DNA from: Harriotta raleighana
Lineage: Eukaryota
Reading direction: 5' to 3'
Length of the DNA: 64,000 bases
NCBI GenBank assembly: GCA_050575255.1
Contig: JBNZDD010013568.1
Span: forward strand, 1,171,243 to 1,235,242
Below the pieces are notes generated by a model. That model had not been told where the DNA came from, searched no databases, and saw nothing but the letters and a program-made list of their open reading frames with translations. Position 1 is the stretch's first letter, and the number at the start of each line of letters is the position of its first letter. Position numbers and translations under genes: made by a program. Of the stretch, positions 53,895 to 64,000 are shown piece by piece.

Positions 53895-54200
53895 ACACGG
53901 TGGAGCACTGACCAGGAATTGCAGGTTCTGTGTCTGGTTTGTGCGGAGCTAACTGAATTCAAACAGGGACACTGGGAGAGGGAGGGAAGGTTTAAAAATA
54001 AGACAACATTCCTTCTCTGTATCATTGTCCCAACAGCCCTGATGGAACTTGTGTGGGTGTTGGATGAGAATAGAATAAGGCCTGATTCTGATGGCCTTCC
54101 ATGGCTGAACAGTCGCCAGCACTCACGGTCTGGGCTCACATGTACACTGCCACCTAAACAAGGTACCGAGGGCAGGGGGTGGCCAAACTCTATGGAAGGA
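53895..54200 (+). mobile_element. LF-SINE-like, near full-length
   Basis: 'gaccaggaa..caggttc..tctggtttgtgcggagctaactga', 'gcactcacggtctgggctcacatg' and 'aggtaccgagggc' occur in LF-SINE order. Confidence 0.7.
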
Positions 54201-54721
54201 ACTTTTCGAGAAATAATCTTAGTTGGTATCCTGACCCCAGTAGCTTAAAAAATTTCATATCAGGGTATCCCAGGGTAATAACTTTTTGCGTCCTGATTTT
54301 TTCTCCTCTTCTAACAAATTTTGGTAAATGGCATCTGCACAACCGAATCAGTGCAACAACCACCAATGATGGCCAGTCCCAACAACAACAACAAAATTAC
54401 TAATGAGGACCAGCAGGAAATAAAACCACAGTTGTAATTTGAAACTGGCTCATAAATACTACTGTAGTCTTTCACAGGCTGAGATCAGCAGAGCAAAAGT
54501 TGTATAAACTTACTGACTCTTTTAAAATCGGGGTACTCACAGGTCTGGAGAGGGTGTTAAGGGATTACAGATTGGTTTACATTGCACTCAGTGTTTTTTA
54601 ACAGACAATAGCACTGCCCAGATACATTTACATCACACAATTCCCAAGAGTTAACAGCTTAACCTAACAATCTTCACACAGCGGTGTTTGTCTTCTACAG
54701 CAAGAGCATTAGTTCACAAGG

Positions 54722-54932
54722 ACTGCAGAGAGCAGAAAATAAAAACAGAAATGGCTGGGAACACTCAGCAGGTCAGGCAGCATCTATAGAGAGAAAGGAA
54801 AAATAAGTCGACGTTTCGGGTCCACCACCCTTCGTCAGAACCCTCTCTCCATAGATGCTGCCTGACCCGCTGAGTATTCCCAGCGATTTCTGTTGTTTCA
54901 GATTTCTAGCGTCTGCAGTATTTTGCGTTTTT
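54722..54932. mobile_element. Palindromic hammerhead-core element with 51-bp arms
   Basis: Arms 54744-54794 and 54844-54894 are inverted repeats with 4 differences in 51 nt; 49-nt loop. Confidence 0.9.
54805..54843 (-). ncRNA. Minimal type I hammerhead ribozyme motif (short stem III variant)
   Basis: GGGUU-CUGACGA-A-GGGU-GGUGG-ACCC-GAAA-CG-UC/GACUU: complete core, 4-bp stem II, 5-bp stem I (with G-U pairs), palindromic ACGU in place of stem III; activity untested. Confidence 0.7.
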
Positions 54933-55389
54933 GAGTGAGCAGAAAGTGTCTGTTTCCATACAAGTGACAATAAATTGTAAAGTAGCAGTCATTTTTCCTG
55001 AATTCTCCACTGAGAGCATTTAATCTCCCAAGGCTCCGGATACAGAAGTGCCCACATGTGGGAATCACAGCTTTTGTAATTGAATCCTTCATTGGAGGTC
55101 AGCAGCAGATCCTGGTTTTATAGGAAGCTGTGGGTTATTGGGGGAGGCTCTCTGCTTACATTGATTTCATTTGAATTATGATCACTTCAAAAAATGTGTG
55201 AATGGCGGTGGTGACTTCAAGTTCAAAACATTATTGCAAACAGAAATTTGTTATCTTCACCATTGAAGACTCTGGTATAAAATACATCTGAAACCATAGC
55301 CCAATTAGTTGACCAAGATTTATTCAGGCGTGAAGTACAATTTCTTCATCTACCAAGAAGAGGATTCCCTGAGTTACAAGGAAACTTCT

Positions 55390-55403
55390 CCAGTAGGGGG
55401 CAC
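55390..55403 (+). promoter_or_regulatory. Candidate CTCF site
   Basis: CCAGTAGGGGGCAC is an exact match to CCASYAGRKGGCRS; motif match only. Confidence 0.5.
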
Positions 55404-56012
55404 TTTTGCATCACACAAGCAAACACAACCCCTGTTCCAATGCATTTCATTCCCACCCAGCACACAGCTGATGCACTCCCCTCATATTTCACTAGAAGTG
55501 TTTAATATGTGTTGTCAAACACTCGCTGTGCCAGTAGTACAAGCCCAAAGTGAGAGGTTGCAGTGCCTTCTGGGATTTTCTAGTTTGATACAAAGGAACT
55601 GAGGCCCATCCATCAATCCCCCCTCACCCCCATCTCCTTTTGCTCTCAGATTTCTTTGCAGAATGGTGAAGAATTGATCCCCTGAACAAAGGCTGAACAA
55701 TTTCCACCCAGGCATACTTGATCAAGGTTATGGTTTTATATTGGGAAACACGTCCACACCTTCCCCCATCCTGGCCCTATGTGGGACCTTGCTGTGCACA
55801 TTACTACATGTGGCAGCAATTACTATATAAAGTGCTGTGAGATGTTTAAACATTGAAGGCAGAATAAAAATACAAGTTATTTTAATTATTTTAGGTTTGT
55901 TTGGCTAGGAGGATCTGGAGGACAGCATCTTCAACAATGCAGCACACACTCAGCTCAACATTTGAATTAGTCATATTTAAACAAAGCATATGCAGGTAAG
56001 GTTTTAGATAGG

Positions 56013-56095
56013 AATAATAATAATCTTTACTTTGAATGTAGAGCCTTTCAGTTTGGGAGGACGTCTCAAAGCGCTTCACAGGATATAACTGTAAT
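56013..56095 (-). mobile_element. SINE/L2 tail; an older + strand Deu-like fragment lies at about 55778-55880
   Basis: 'aataataatctttac...gggaggacgtctcaaagcgcttcacagg'. Confidence 0.65.
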
Positions 56096-56620
56096 GTGGT
56101 GTGTGTGTGTAGCTAAAATATATTTCTCCAAGCTTATCCGATTCATTTAAAATTTATTATAATTGGGGTTTCAAGGTATTATTTAAATTTGACAAGTTCA
56201 TTCCTAGCGAAAGAGAAGCTTCACTTATACAATGAAAGAAAATGCTCTCCTGAAATTTTTACCAGCTTGTTAACACTGCAACACGAACATTGTGCACTGG
56301 ACTTCCATTCCTCGGTGTTTAACAATAACAGGGGTGATACCACAAAGCTTACAAGATGGAAAACACGAATAGGATTGCAAAGTATTAAGCAAATCTTCAT
56401 GTAGTATTAAATCAGATTAATAACCTGAATTCAACCTGAAGAACAACCTCAAAGCTCCTTATTCGTTCAAAAGGTCAGGTGCTGTGTATTAAAGTTCGCT
56501 ACACATATTTACACATTTTCCAGATAATTCTCAGCTCCACCAGGAACACAAAAGATTTATACAATGCAATAGATAATCCATGTACTGTACAAGTATAGAA
56601 AGTATACCAAGTAAATAGCT

Positions 56621-56726
56621 AGGGTTCTGACAAAGGGTCGTGCACCCGAAACGTTGACTCACTTTCCTCTCTCTATCGATGCTGCCTGACCTGAGTGTTC
56701 GCAGCGATTTCTGTTTTTGTTTCAGT
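56621..56726 (+). mobile_element. Hammerhead-core element (right arm only)
   Basis: GGGTT-CTGACAA(G8>A)-A-GGGT cgtgc ACCC-GAAA-CGTT-GACTC, then the arm 'gatgctgcctgacctgagtg...atttctgtttttgtttcag'. Confidence 0.85.
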
Positions 56727-59692
56727 TTGTGAGTGTGTGGCAGTATTAGATCAGCCGATTTCAGCAAGGCATCCTCATTAGTTTCACATGGTCACACTAA
56801 AGCATCGCCCGCCCAATGCAATGGCCCAATGCTTGGTTGCAAAGACAAATGAGTTCAGAATGTTGTGAAATTTCAAATTGTTTCTCCCTCTCTCTGCTGC
56901 AATGCAAAATCACAATTGTCATTTTACTGCGATTCCAATTTTATTTCAGCGGGATATTTTAGATGGTAAATACTGATAAAAAGGATAATGTTTTATAATA
57001 ACTGCATATGTTCACCCAATTGAAGACCACACACAATTATTAATGGTGACTACACAATGCAGCAAAGAAAGATTCCATTTATTCTGGAAAACAAGTTATC
57101 CATCGAGCGTTATCCATCGACAGGAACCAGTAATTTTGATTTCTGCGTGTTGGAAATATTGATCTCACGGCTAGCAAAATTACTAAGCACATCACATAAC
57201 TAATTGCTGGTTTGGGAGTATATTACACCGCTGCAACACAATCATCAGGTTCAGATAATGTCAACCTACAGGAGCAAAGCTCAAGTCATTTATAAAGTCA
57301 TTTGAACCATGGGACTGAGTGACAAACCCACAACAAACAACCTCACACTGACCATATTACTGTATTATCTCATTGTAGTGCAAACTGTGTGCAATGACCA
57401 GGAGCCTAAATCCATCAGAATTCTCGCACAGATCATACAGCACAATCCAGATTTATACAAGACTAGGACTCTCTACATGGCAAACTGCCATAGAAACTTG
57501 TCTGCCACTCTACACTATATTTGTCTAGTTTGACAGATTGTGTTAATCCTAGATATCCCTGGATGAATAAATGGAATTAGTATTACAGTTAAAATTTGTA
57601 TTGTTGACATCAGGTAGTCAGTTAGACAAGTCACTGAACTTCTAGGTTAGTAATGCAACTGTAAAAACAGAACAGTGACTGATACAGAAAGACTAATTTT
57701 TCAGAGGTTTCAGAAGTTCTCCTGACAGAACAGTCAGTTTGGCCTGTGCCATAGCTCCTTTGCATCACGTAAAATTTCACCCATGCAATTACAATGTCAG
57801 TTATTGCTATTTCGGCTACAACGCATGGAGAGCCCCCAAAATAAATCACCAATTAGTAAAACAACAATTAATCAATCAGCTCTTTGTGACACTATGGCAG
57901 GAAAACAGTACATTTACTTTAAGTAGTTAATGTAGTAAAATTAATCTATACCGTTTTACATACACATATTAAATATTCAGTTCAATTTAATTCTAATTAC
58001 TTTTCCTTGTACAGGCCTGTCAAGGCAAGCCTATTAATAATTTCACTGACAAGAGGGTCAATAAAATAAATCAAAATGGGCTCCAAAAGTGCTTACTGTA
58101 ATTGACACATCGTTCCTCAAAAATCTAATCTGAGAACTGGTCAATATCAGATCCAAGCATAGAACATGTCATAGAGTGCGTTTAAAAGGATTTCTCCTAA
58201 GAAATCCTAGGATTCAGTAAATCACCATTTTATGCTATCTTGTGATTACAGTTTCCTGCAGTTAAAATGTAAGAGGTGTAAAGTACATAATGGAGTGGGT
58301 GCCCTGCCTGATGGTATCCACACCACTGAGGCAACACAAAAACTGAGTACTGTACATGGAAACTCGGAAATGGTTTCAAATGGATGCTGAATTGTAACAT
58401 TACTGGACTGTTACTCCACACAAGCAATGAGTTAAAAGGTACAACCTGCACTGAAAGGCTGATTTCAGCAAGCCAATGTCAGGGTCAAAAACACTAGTGG
58501 GTATCATCAGAGGCAACAGAGATGAAGAATGCTTCTACACAGATGGAAAGGAACTCGCTTGCATAACTGCGCTTCTCCAACATACAAACTTTTGAAGTGG
58601 TCCAAGCTGAAGACAAAGTGACGCAGATTGCTTGAGTCCGGTGTGGGCTTGAAGTATTTTTTTATCTCAGTTTGTGTGGCGAAGAAATACCCTGGACAAG
58701 ACAGCACAATCTCATGCTAGCAGTCCTTCTGTGCTGCTGCTATCGGGATATATGTAATGGCAGACAATGCAGAGGATTGTATTATCTTTGTACAACACAC
58801 TGCCTATAAACAAGGTCTGTTTACAGAAGGTGGAAAGGCATAGCCACATGTCCTCAGTTGTCATGGTTTCGAGAGCCCAGACATTTGGGGACAAGGCCCA
58901 TGTTTCTTTTTGTCTATTTTATATTGCTATCAGTAGAATTACCATGTGCCACAAAGTTATGACACCCAGCTCCTTCCCTTTTATAGCTCCCATAAGATTT
59001 ACGGGGAGTTCCACCTGCAGATAAAATGCCATAAAAATCTACTGGTTTTAAATGATGCAGAGTTATTGCTCCACAACCAGAATAAAAGCAATTTAACAAG
59101 TCTATATTTCTTAAAGGAGAATCTACACTTCACGAGTAGCAAAAGATAAGAGAATATTCTTCCCCAAGCCTCGATAGCATTATATTGTTCAGACCTGAAC
59201 AAAAGCCCAATTAACTTTCAAAGTTAAATGTTGATGAATATATTTAAAACTGAAATGTTAGCAGATGTACTGCATCAGTCTACATTCCACTGTCACAAAC
59301 GTCTCCAAACAGCACGGAACTCAGTGAGAATGAAAAATGTGACAACCTCCTTGTCTGGCACCCTTTTTCATCGAGAAACGGAGTGATTTTGCACCACGTG
59401 TAAAACCTGTGTGAAAATATTTTTTTTTAACAAGGTGCCCTAAAATTATAAAGTTATTAAATTCATAATTATTAAATGCTTTTCGCTGATGGTAAGTTTC
59501 ACAATTAAGAGCAAAGTGCATAATGTTACACAGGCTCATCATACGGATCTATGCAATTGGCAACTGTTTGTTGCGGCAAAATATAGACATTTTAGTTTCC
59601 ACTGTATTCGATGAAGTGCTGAAACATGTTTAAAAAATGCAATAAGGCAGTGAATGAAATGCAAGCTTTATTATTATTCTTAAAATTATAAA

Positions 59693-59835
59693 TTGTTGTT
59701 GTTGTGTTTTCTATTGTTGTTGTTGTGTTTGTTTATTATTGTTGATTGTTATTTACTTTTTTGTTTATTATTGTTGATGTTGTTTGTTGTTGTTTAAACT
59801 CCCCCTGCCCCCTGATTTNTTGATTGATTGATTGA
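59693..59835. repeat. Degenerate (TTG)n and (TGAT)n flanking an N at 59819 (contig join)
   Basis: Seen directly; probably a low-quality contig end. Confidence 0.8.
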
Positions 59836-60687
59836 TACTCAACGAGATTACTTATTAGCTATTAATATGTTCCTCACAGAGATACTCTGAAGACAAATGA
59901 AGTACATCCAATGGCTTCAAACAATCAAAAAAAACAGAATAAGAGTGAATTGCAAATAATAATCCAGGTCATACACTCCATACCGTAAGTGAGAAGCAAT
60001 TAAATGTTGACCTGACCAAACATTTCTATGGACTATCACGTGATAGAACATCTTAAAGCAGCTACAGAATGAGAGTAATCAAATCAAAGTGATAAATAGG
60101 AAAAAGGCTCCAAACAACATGTGGAAAATTCATTAGATTTGGGAGAGGAAATGGGGGGAGCAGGCTTTCCTTCACTCCTGTTGAAATCAGGGGCAGAGGT
60201 GGCCTGAATTAATGGCTTGATTGGAAAAGGGCTGGCGATCTGGAAATAAACAATGAAATTTGCTGCACTTAAAAAGGAGAAAAATAAAAATAATTACAAA
60301 AAGATAAGGTAATTTCTGTGTGCTTTAATAGGGGTGGTTTTCCTGTGTTTTATAACAGTAATTAGTGTTGATGGCTCCTTAAAGTGTCAGTCACAACATT
60401 TGCTGCAGTAAATCGTATAAAGTTTATTGTTCAGCAGGGTTTCATTCATTCTCAAAGCCCTACAATAATAATAATAATGGTTTGAAATGTCGCACAGAAT
60501 GAGGATTATGTAGCCTTGACTTTTTGAAATTGTATTGGTTTGTCAAATAGAAAATGCCTTCAGCAAATATGACTTGTTAACAAGAAGTCCCATCTGTGTT
60601 GTAGCACAGTAATAATAGTATTGCAGGCTGCCAAGCTCACTTTGATGTAATGTACACTGTGAGGATAAACACCATTCACTGCTGCCA

Positions 60688-61092
60688 CAGTGACCTAGTG
60701 GGAATAGGAATCACCTTGTGTAGCATTAAACCATACAGATCAGAAGGCCACAGTTTCAATCTCTAATCTTTGCCGAGTTAGTTGATCTCAGTTGAAGTTG
60801 TTACCATCAGTCTTCATTTTTCTCAGTAAAGGGGGTTGGGGGTGATGGTGGGGGGGAGAAAAGGTGGAAAGAAAACATCAGTGCAGTTTATCTGATCCAT
60901 GCGGGAATATCTGCATGGTCAGCTGCTCAGATGAGAAGAAGGTGTGTCTTGGCTATCATAACTGACCAGTCTGCTGATACACACAGTCAAGGCTAGCACA
61001 TGAATAATGTCCACTGAGGTGGAAGGCTTGCTGATGCTCTTGGATGGTAACTCCAGTGAGAGTCAGGCCTCCAGCAGAGGAGGAAAGGAAAT
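60688..61092 (+). mobile_element. LF-SINE-like, full-length
   Basis: 'ccatacagatcagaagg..gccgagttagttgatctcag', 'ctgctgatacacacagtcaaggctagcacatgaataatgtccact' and 'gagtcaggcctccagcagaggagg' are colinear with the recalled consensus. Confidence 0.75.
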
Positions 61093-61159
61093 CGGCCCTG
61101 AATTATTATAGTCAAACATTCAGAAACATTCAGTGTGGATAATGTATCTGGCAACAAAC

Positions 61160-61523
61160 AGTCCAGGATGCAGCACTTTGTACAATTAAGTGATTGTTAA
61201 ACCAAGGTTCGGTCTGCCTGTTCAGGTGGATGTTAAAGACCCCATGGCCCAATTCAAAATCAGAATGGAGTTTTTCCTTCTTGGTGTCTTGGCCAACAAT
61301 CACCCAAATAAAATGGGACACTGCTGTCGCAAATTGGTTGTAGCATTTCACCCACAAAACACGGTCAATTCTCTTTACAACAACAACAAAAATGCATTTG
61401 TGTGGCGCCTTTGAGTGCCTTGGGAGGACGTCCCAAGGCGCTGAACAATAAATTCTGTGAAGTGCTTTGAGATGTCTCGATGACATGTTAAGGCGCTGTA
61501 TCAAACGCAAGGAATATTATTAT
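61160..61523 (+). mobile_element. DeuSINE with classical Deu domain; nested L2 tail (-) at about 61377-61447
   Basis: 'ttaaaccaaggttcggtctgcctgttcaggtggatgttaaagaccccatggc...ggtgtcttggccaa' followed by a family-A-type 3' end. Confidence 0.75.
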
Positions 61524-61873
61524 AGCACACTGTTATACATCTACAATGTTACATGCACTAAGCTCCTCATCAGATAAGGATCATTCAGATCACTTTTCCG
61601 TGCCTCTCTGTGGCTTAGTATAAATGCAAACTGGAAAGTTGTTCCCCCAACTGGGAACAAGATTTAATAATCCTTGCATTTGATATCAAAAGACAAAGTG
61701 CTTCACAGTATTTACTGTTGAGTTTAACAACTGAATATTTGAAGCAAATGATTGACCAGTTTGCTCACAACTAAGCATACAGTACAGAATGCAAACATTG
61801 GCAAGGAAAAGTTAAATCTGATCTGATTGTAGGTAGCTCTAAATTAATCTTTAAATACTGAAAATATGTTTGT

Positions 61874-62010
61874 GAACATAGGTGTGGAAATTAAAGCACA
61901 GAAGGAGGTCATTCATTCCATCATGCCTGTGCTGGCTCTATGAAGAGTATTAAGCCTAATCTCTTGTCTATTCCCCATACCCTATTGTGCTCTGTTCCAA
62001 ATGTTAAGTT
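61874..62010 (-). mobile_element. CR1 3' terminus
   Basis: 'gcacagaaggaggtcattcattccatcatgcctgtgctggctct', similar to the 17033 copy. Confidence 0.7.
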
Positions 62011-63777
62011 GTTTTTATGCCAACGTTTTAGGTACCCATTGTCATGCACAATGCTTGCACTCAGACCTGCTGCCAGGCATCAGTCACTGCTAAATAATGC
62101 ATAACAGCAACACAGGTCGTTCCAGCCTTGTATTTTCCCCCTTCTTAATCTCTCGTCTGAGAAATGACCCACTCACTCATACTTTTGTCTGTCTGCCAAC
62201 TTTCAGATTCTGGTGGCCACCATCTTGCAAGAACATTGACTCAGACATACAGCAAACAAAAGTTTTTATTGGTGAGCCTGGAGTCTGACACATGCTGAAA
62301 CCCATCACAGTGCTCAAGAGTAATCAAACCAAACAGAGAATCCCAACTACGCATGGAAATTCCAGAGATAGATAATTAGAATAGAATGTGCACTCCCTCT
62401 TCATACTTATTTCGGAAGAACCTGTATCTCCAAGTTTCATTGCAATAACATTTATCTCTACTTCCATAAAATATAATGCATAGCCAGAGTTATGAATATT
62501 AATGTAGACAGCTCAATTTCCAGGGCTTCACTTGGGAGTGCAATTTGACTGAGCACTCACATATGAGAACAATTAGTTTCAACTTCTGATATCCAACAAA
62601 GCAAGTCTATTGTAAACCGTTGAGCTACAATTCAACAGGCTCCACTTTCTTGCAAGGCATTGAACTTGTATTGATCTTGTAAGTACCTAGTTTCCGAAAC
62701 TGTGGCGGAGCTGATTAAAAATCTTGCTGGTAGCTGTGCAACAGTGACACTTCCTCCCAACGGAAAAGGCTTTTCTAAAAGCTAATTATTTAGACGGTCT
62801 TTCCCTTGTGGTATGACCACAAGTAATTGAAACAATCAAATGAAAATCTCCAACACTTGAAAATTCACTCCAGTGACTGAGGTCATCTTGACATTATTAG
62901 AATCCGGGTAGCAGCCCATCAGATCAGAAGTTAACGAGAAGCCAAATCAATTACTCAGTTAATCCATTTGGTTAGCTTGGGAGCCGGGGAGAGAGAGGCA
63001 GTCTGCCACAATTAACTTAAGAAGCATTCTTGATTTTAGAAAGCCAGGTATGTGATCATATACATTCCAGTAAAAATAGCAAATTTTAGGAATGGAAAAT
63101 GACTCTTTCTAATATCAAACAAGTGGGGGTTTCCAGCTTCATTGTGGACACTTTCAGCTTGATGTCAGTTGCGGCATGTTTTCTGGTGGTTGTGATGCAT
63201 GATCTACATTTGTTTTATTCAGTAAATTAAAGCGATCAGGAAGGCTGATTTGAATTCTGAAAATAAGCTTTTTTTGATGTAGTGACAAATTAGAGGTTGA
63301 GAGTGGTTCTCCACTTTGGATATCAGATGTTTTAATGTCCAAGCATTTCAGTCTCAGGTTCTGAGCAGTCAGTTTATACTGCAATACCAGCAATGCACAG
63401 TAATGCACTACTTAGAAGCCATCTCAATCAAAATTGTCAGGACAATCTTTTGGGCAATTCACTACATATGAGCAATGGAACATCAGTAATAAATGTGTAA
63501 AGAAAAATAAAAGTTCTCGTCTACAATAAAACAAATGAAAACTAAAAATGGATCTCCAACCCTTCTCCCCATTTTCAATCCTTTCATTCTTTTACAGCTG
63601 CTCCATGTGCACTTTTGTGGACAGATCCATTGAGAATTTTTCGGAACGATTAACCGTCAAATTGGCTGCCTAATGAGCAGCAGACACCTGGACAAGGGTG
63701 TTTATTCGTTTCTTGTCCCTTTCCATCTTCATGAGGAAGCAGTTGAACAGAAAACAGATTCCTGCACTATCTGATGT

Positions 63778-63915
63778 AACAATAATAAATTGTTCACTTT
63801 AATCCTCAACTGTTTATGGGACACTGCTGTCCGCAATTGGCTGCCGCGGTTCGCCCACAAATATGCAGTCAATTCACTTTACAGTGAAGTGCCTTGAGAC
63901 TTCAAGAAGATGTGA
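63778..63915 (+). mobile_element. SINE family A, 3' half
   Basis: 'tgggacactgctgtccgcaattggctgccgcggttcgcccacaaatatgcagtcaattcactttacag'. Confidence 0.85.
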
Positions 63916-64000
63916 ATTCAGTGTGACTTGATGTTGGACAGAGAAACTCGAGCAATATGTCTAAACTGGCAGCTTCTGGGACAACATTCTGGTCTAAGGC

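Noticed and set aside
1-64000. CRISPR arrays, rRNA/tRNA genes, known miRNAs, prokaryotic operons
   Set aside because: I saw no regularly spaced repeat-spacer array and no recognisable mature RNA sequence; the sequence is vertebrate non-coding DNA.

Overview
AT-rich, non-coding vertebrate DNA. The repeat complement suggests a cartilaginous fish, possibly a holocephalan; this is an inference from repeat families recognised from memory, with no database search. I found no confidently identifiable protein-coding gene. The ORF track is mostly noise or translated repeat remnants. Spot counts show A>T on the + strand, which would fit a large intron of a minus-strand gene, though a gene desert is also possible. 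Contents: (1) many L2 and CR1 LINE 3' fragments; (2) a tRNA-derived SINE family with a DeuSINE-like segment and an L2-type tail; (3) five LF-SINE-like copies, all on +; (4) a decayed Gypsy/GIN-type integrase relic; (5) three N-joined duplications that are probably assembly artefacts (uncollapsed haplotypes); (6) several short perfect hairpins and CNE-like blocks. The most interesting signal is a family of five palindromic non-autonomous elements whose centre holds a minimal hammerhead-ribozyme core (CUGANGA-stem II-GAAA-CG-UH), of the short-stem-III type associated with Penelope-like elements. The copy at 54805-54843 (-) is intact and sits in the loop of a 51-bp hairpin. A second candidate is an antisense 27-nt exon inside an LF-SINE.
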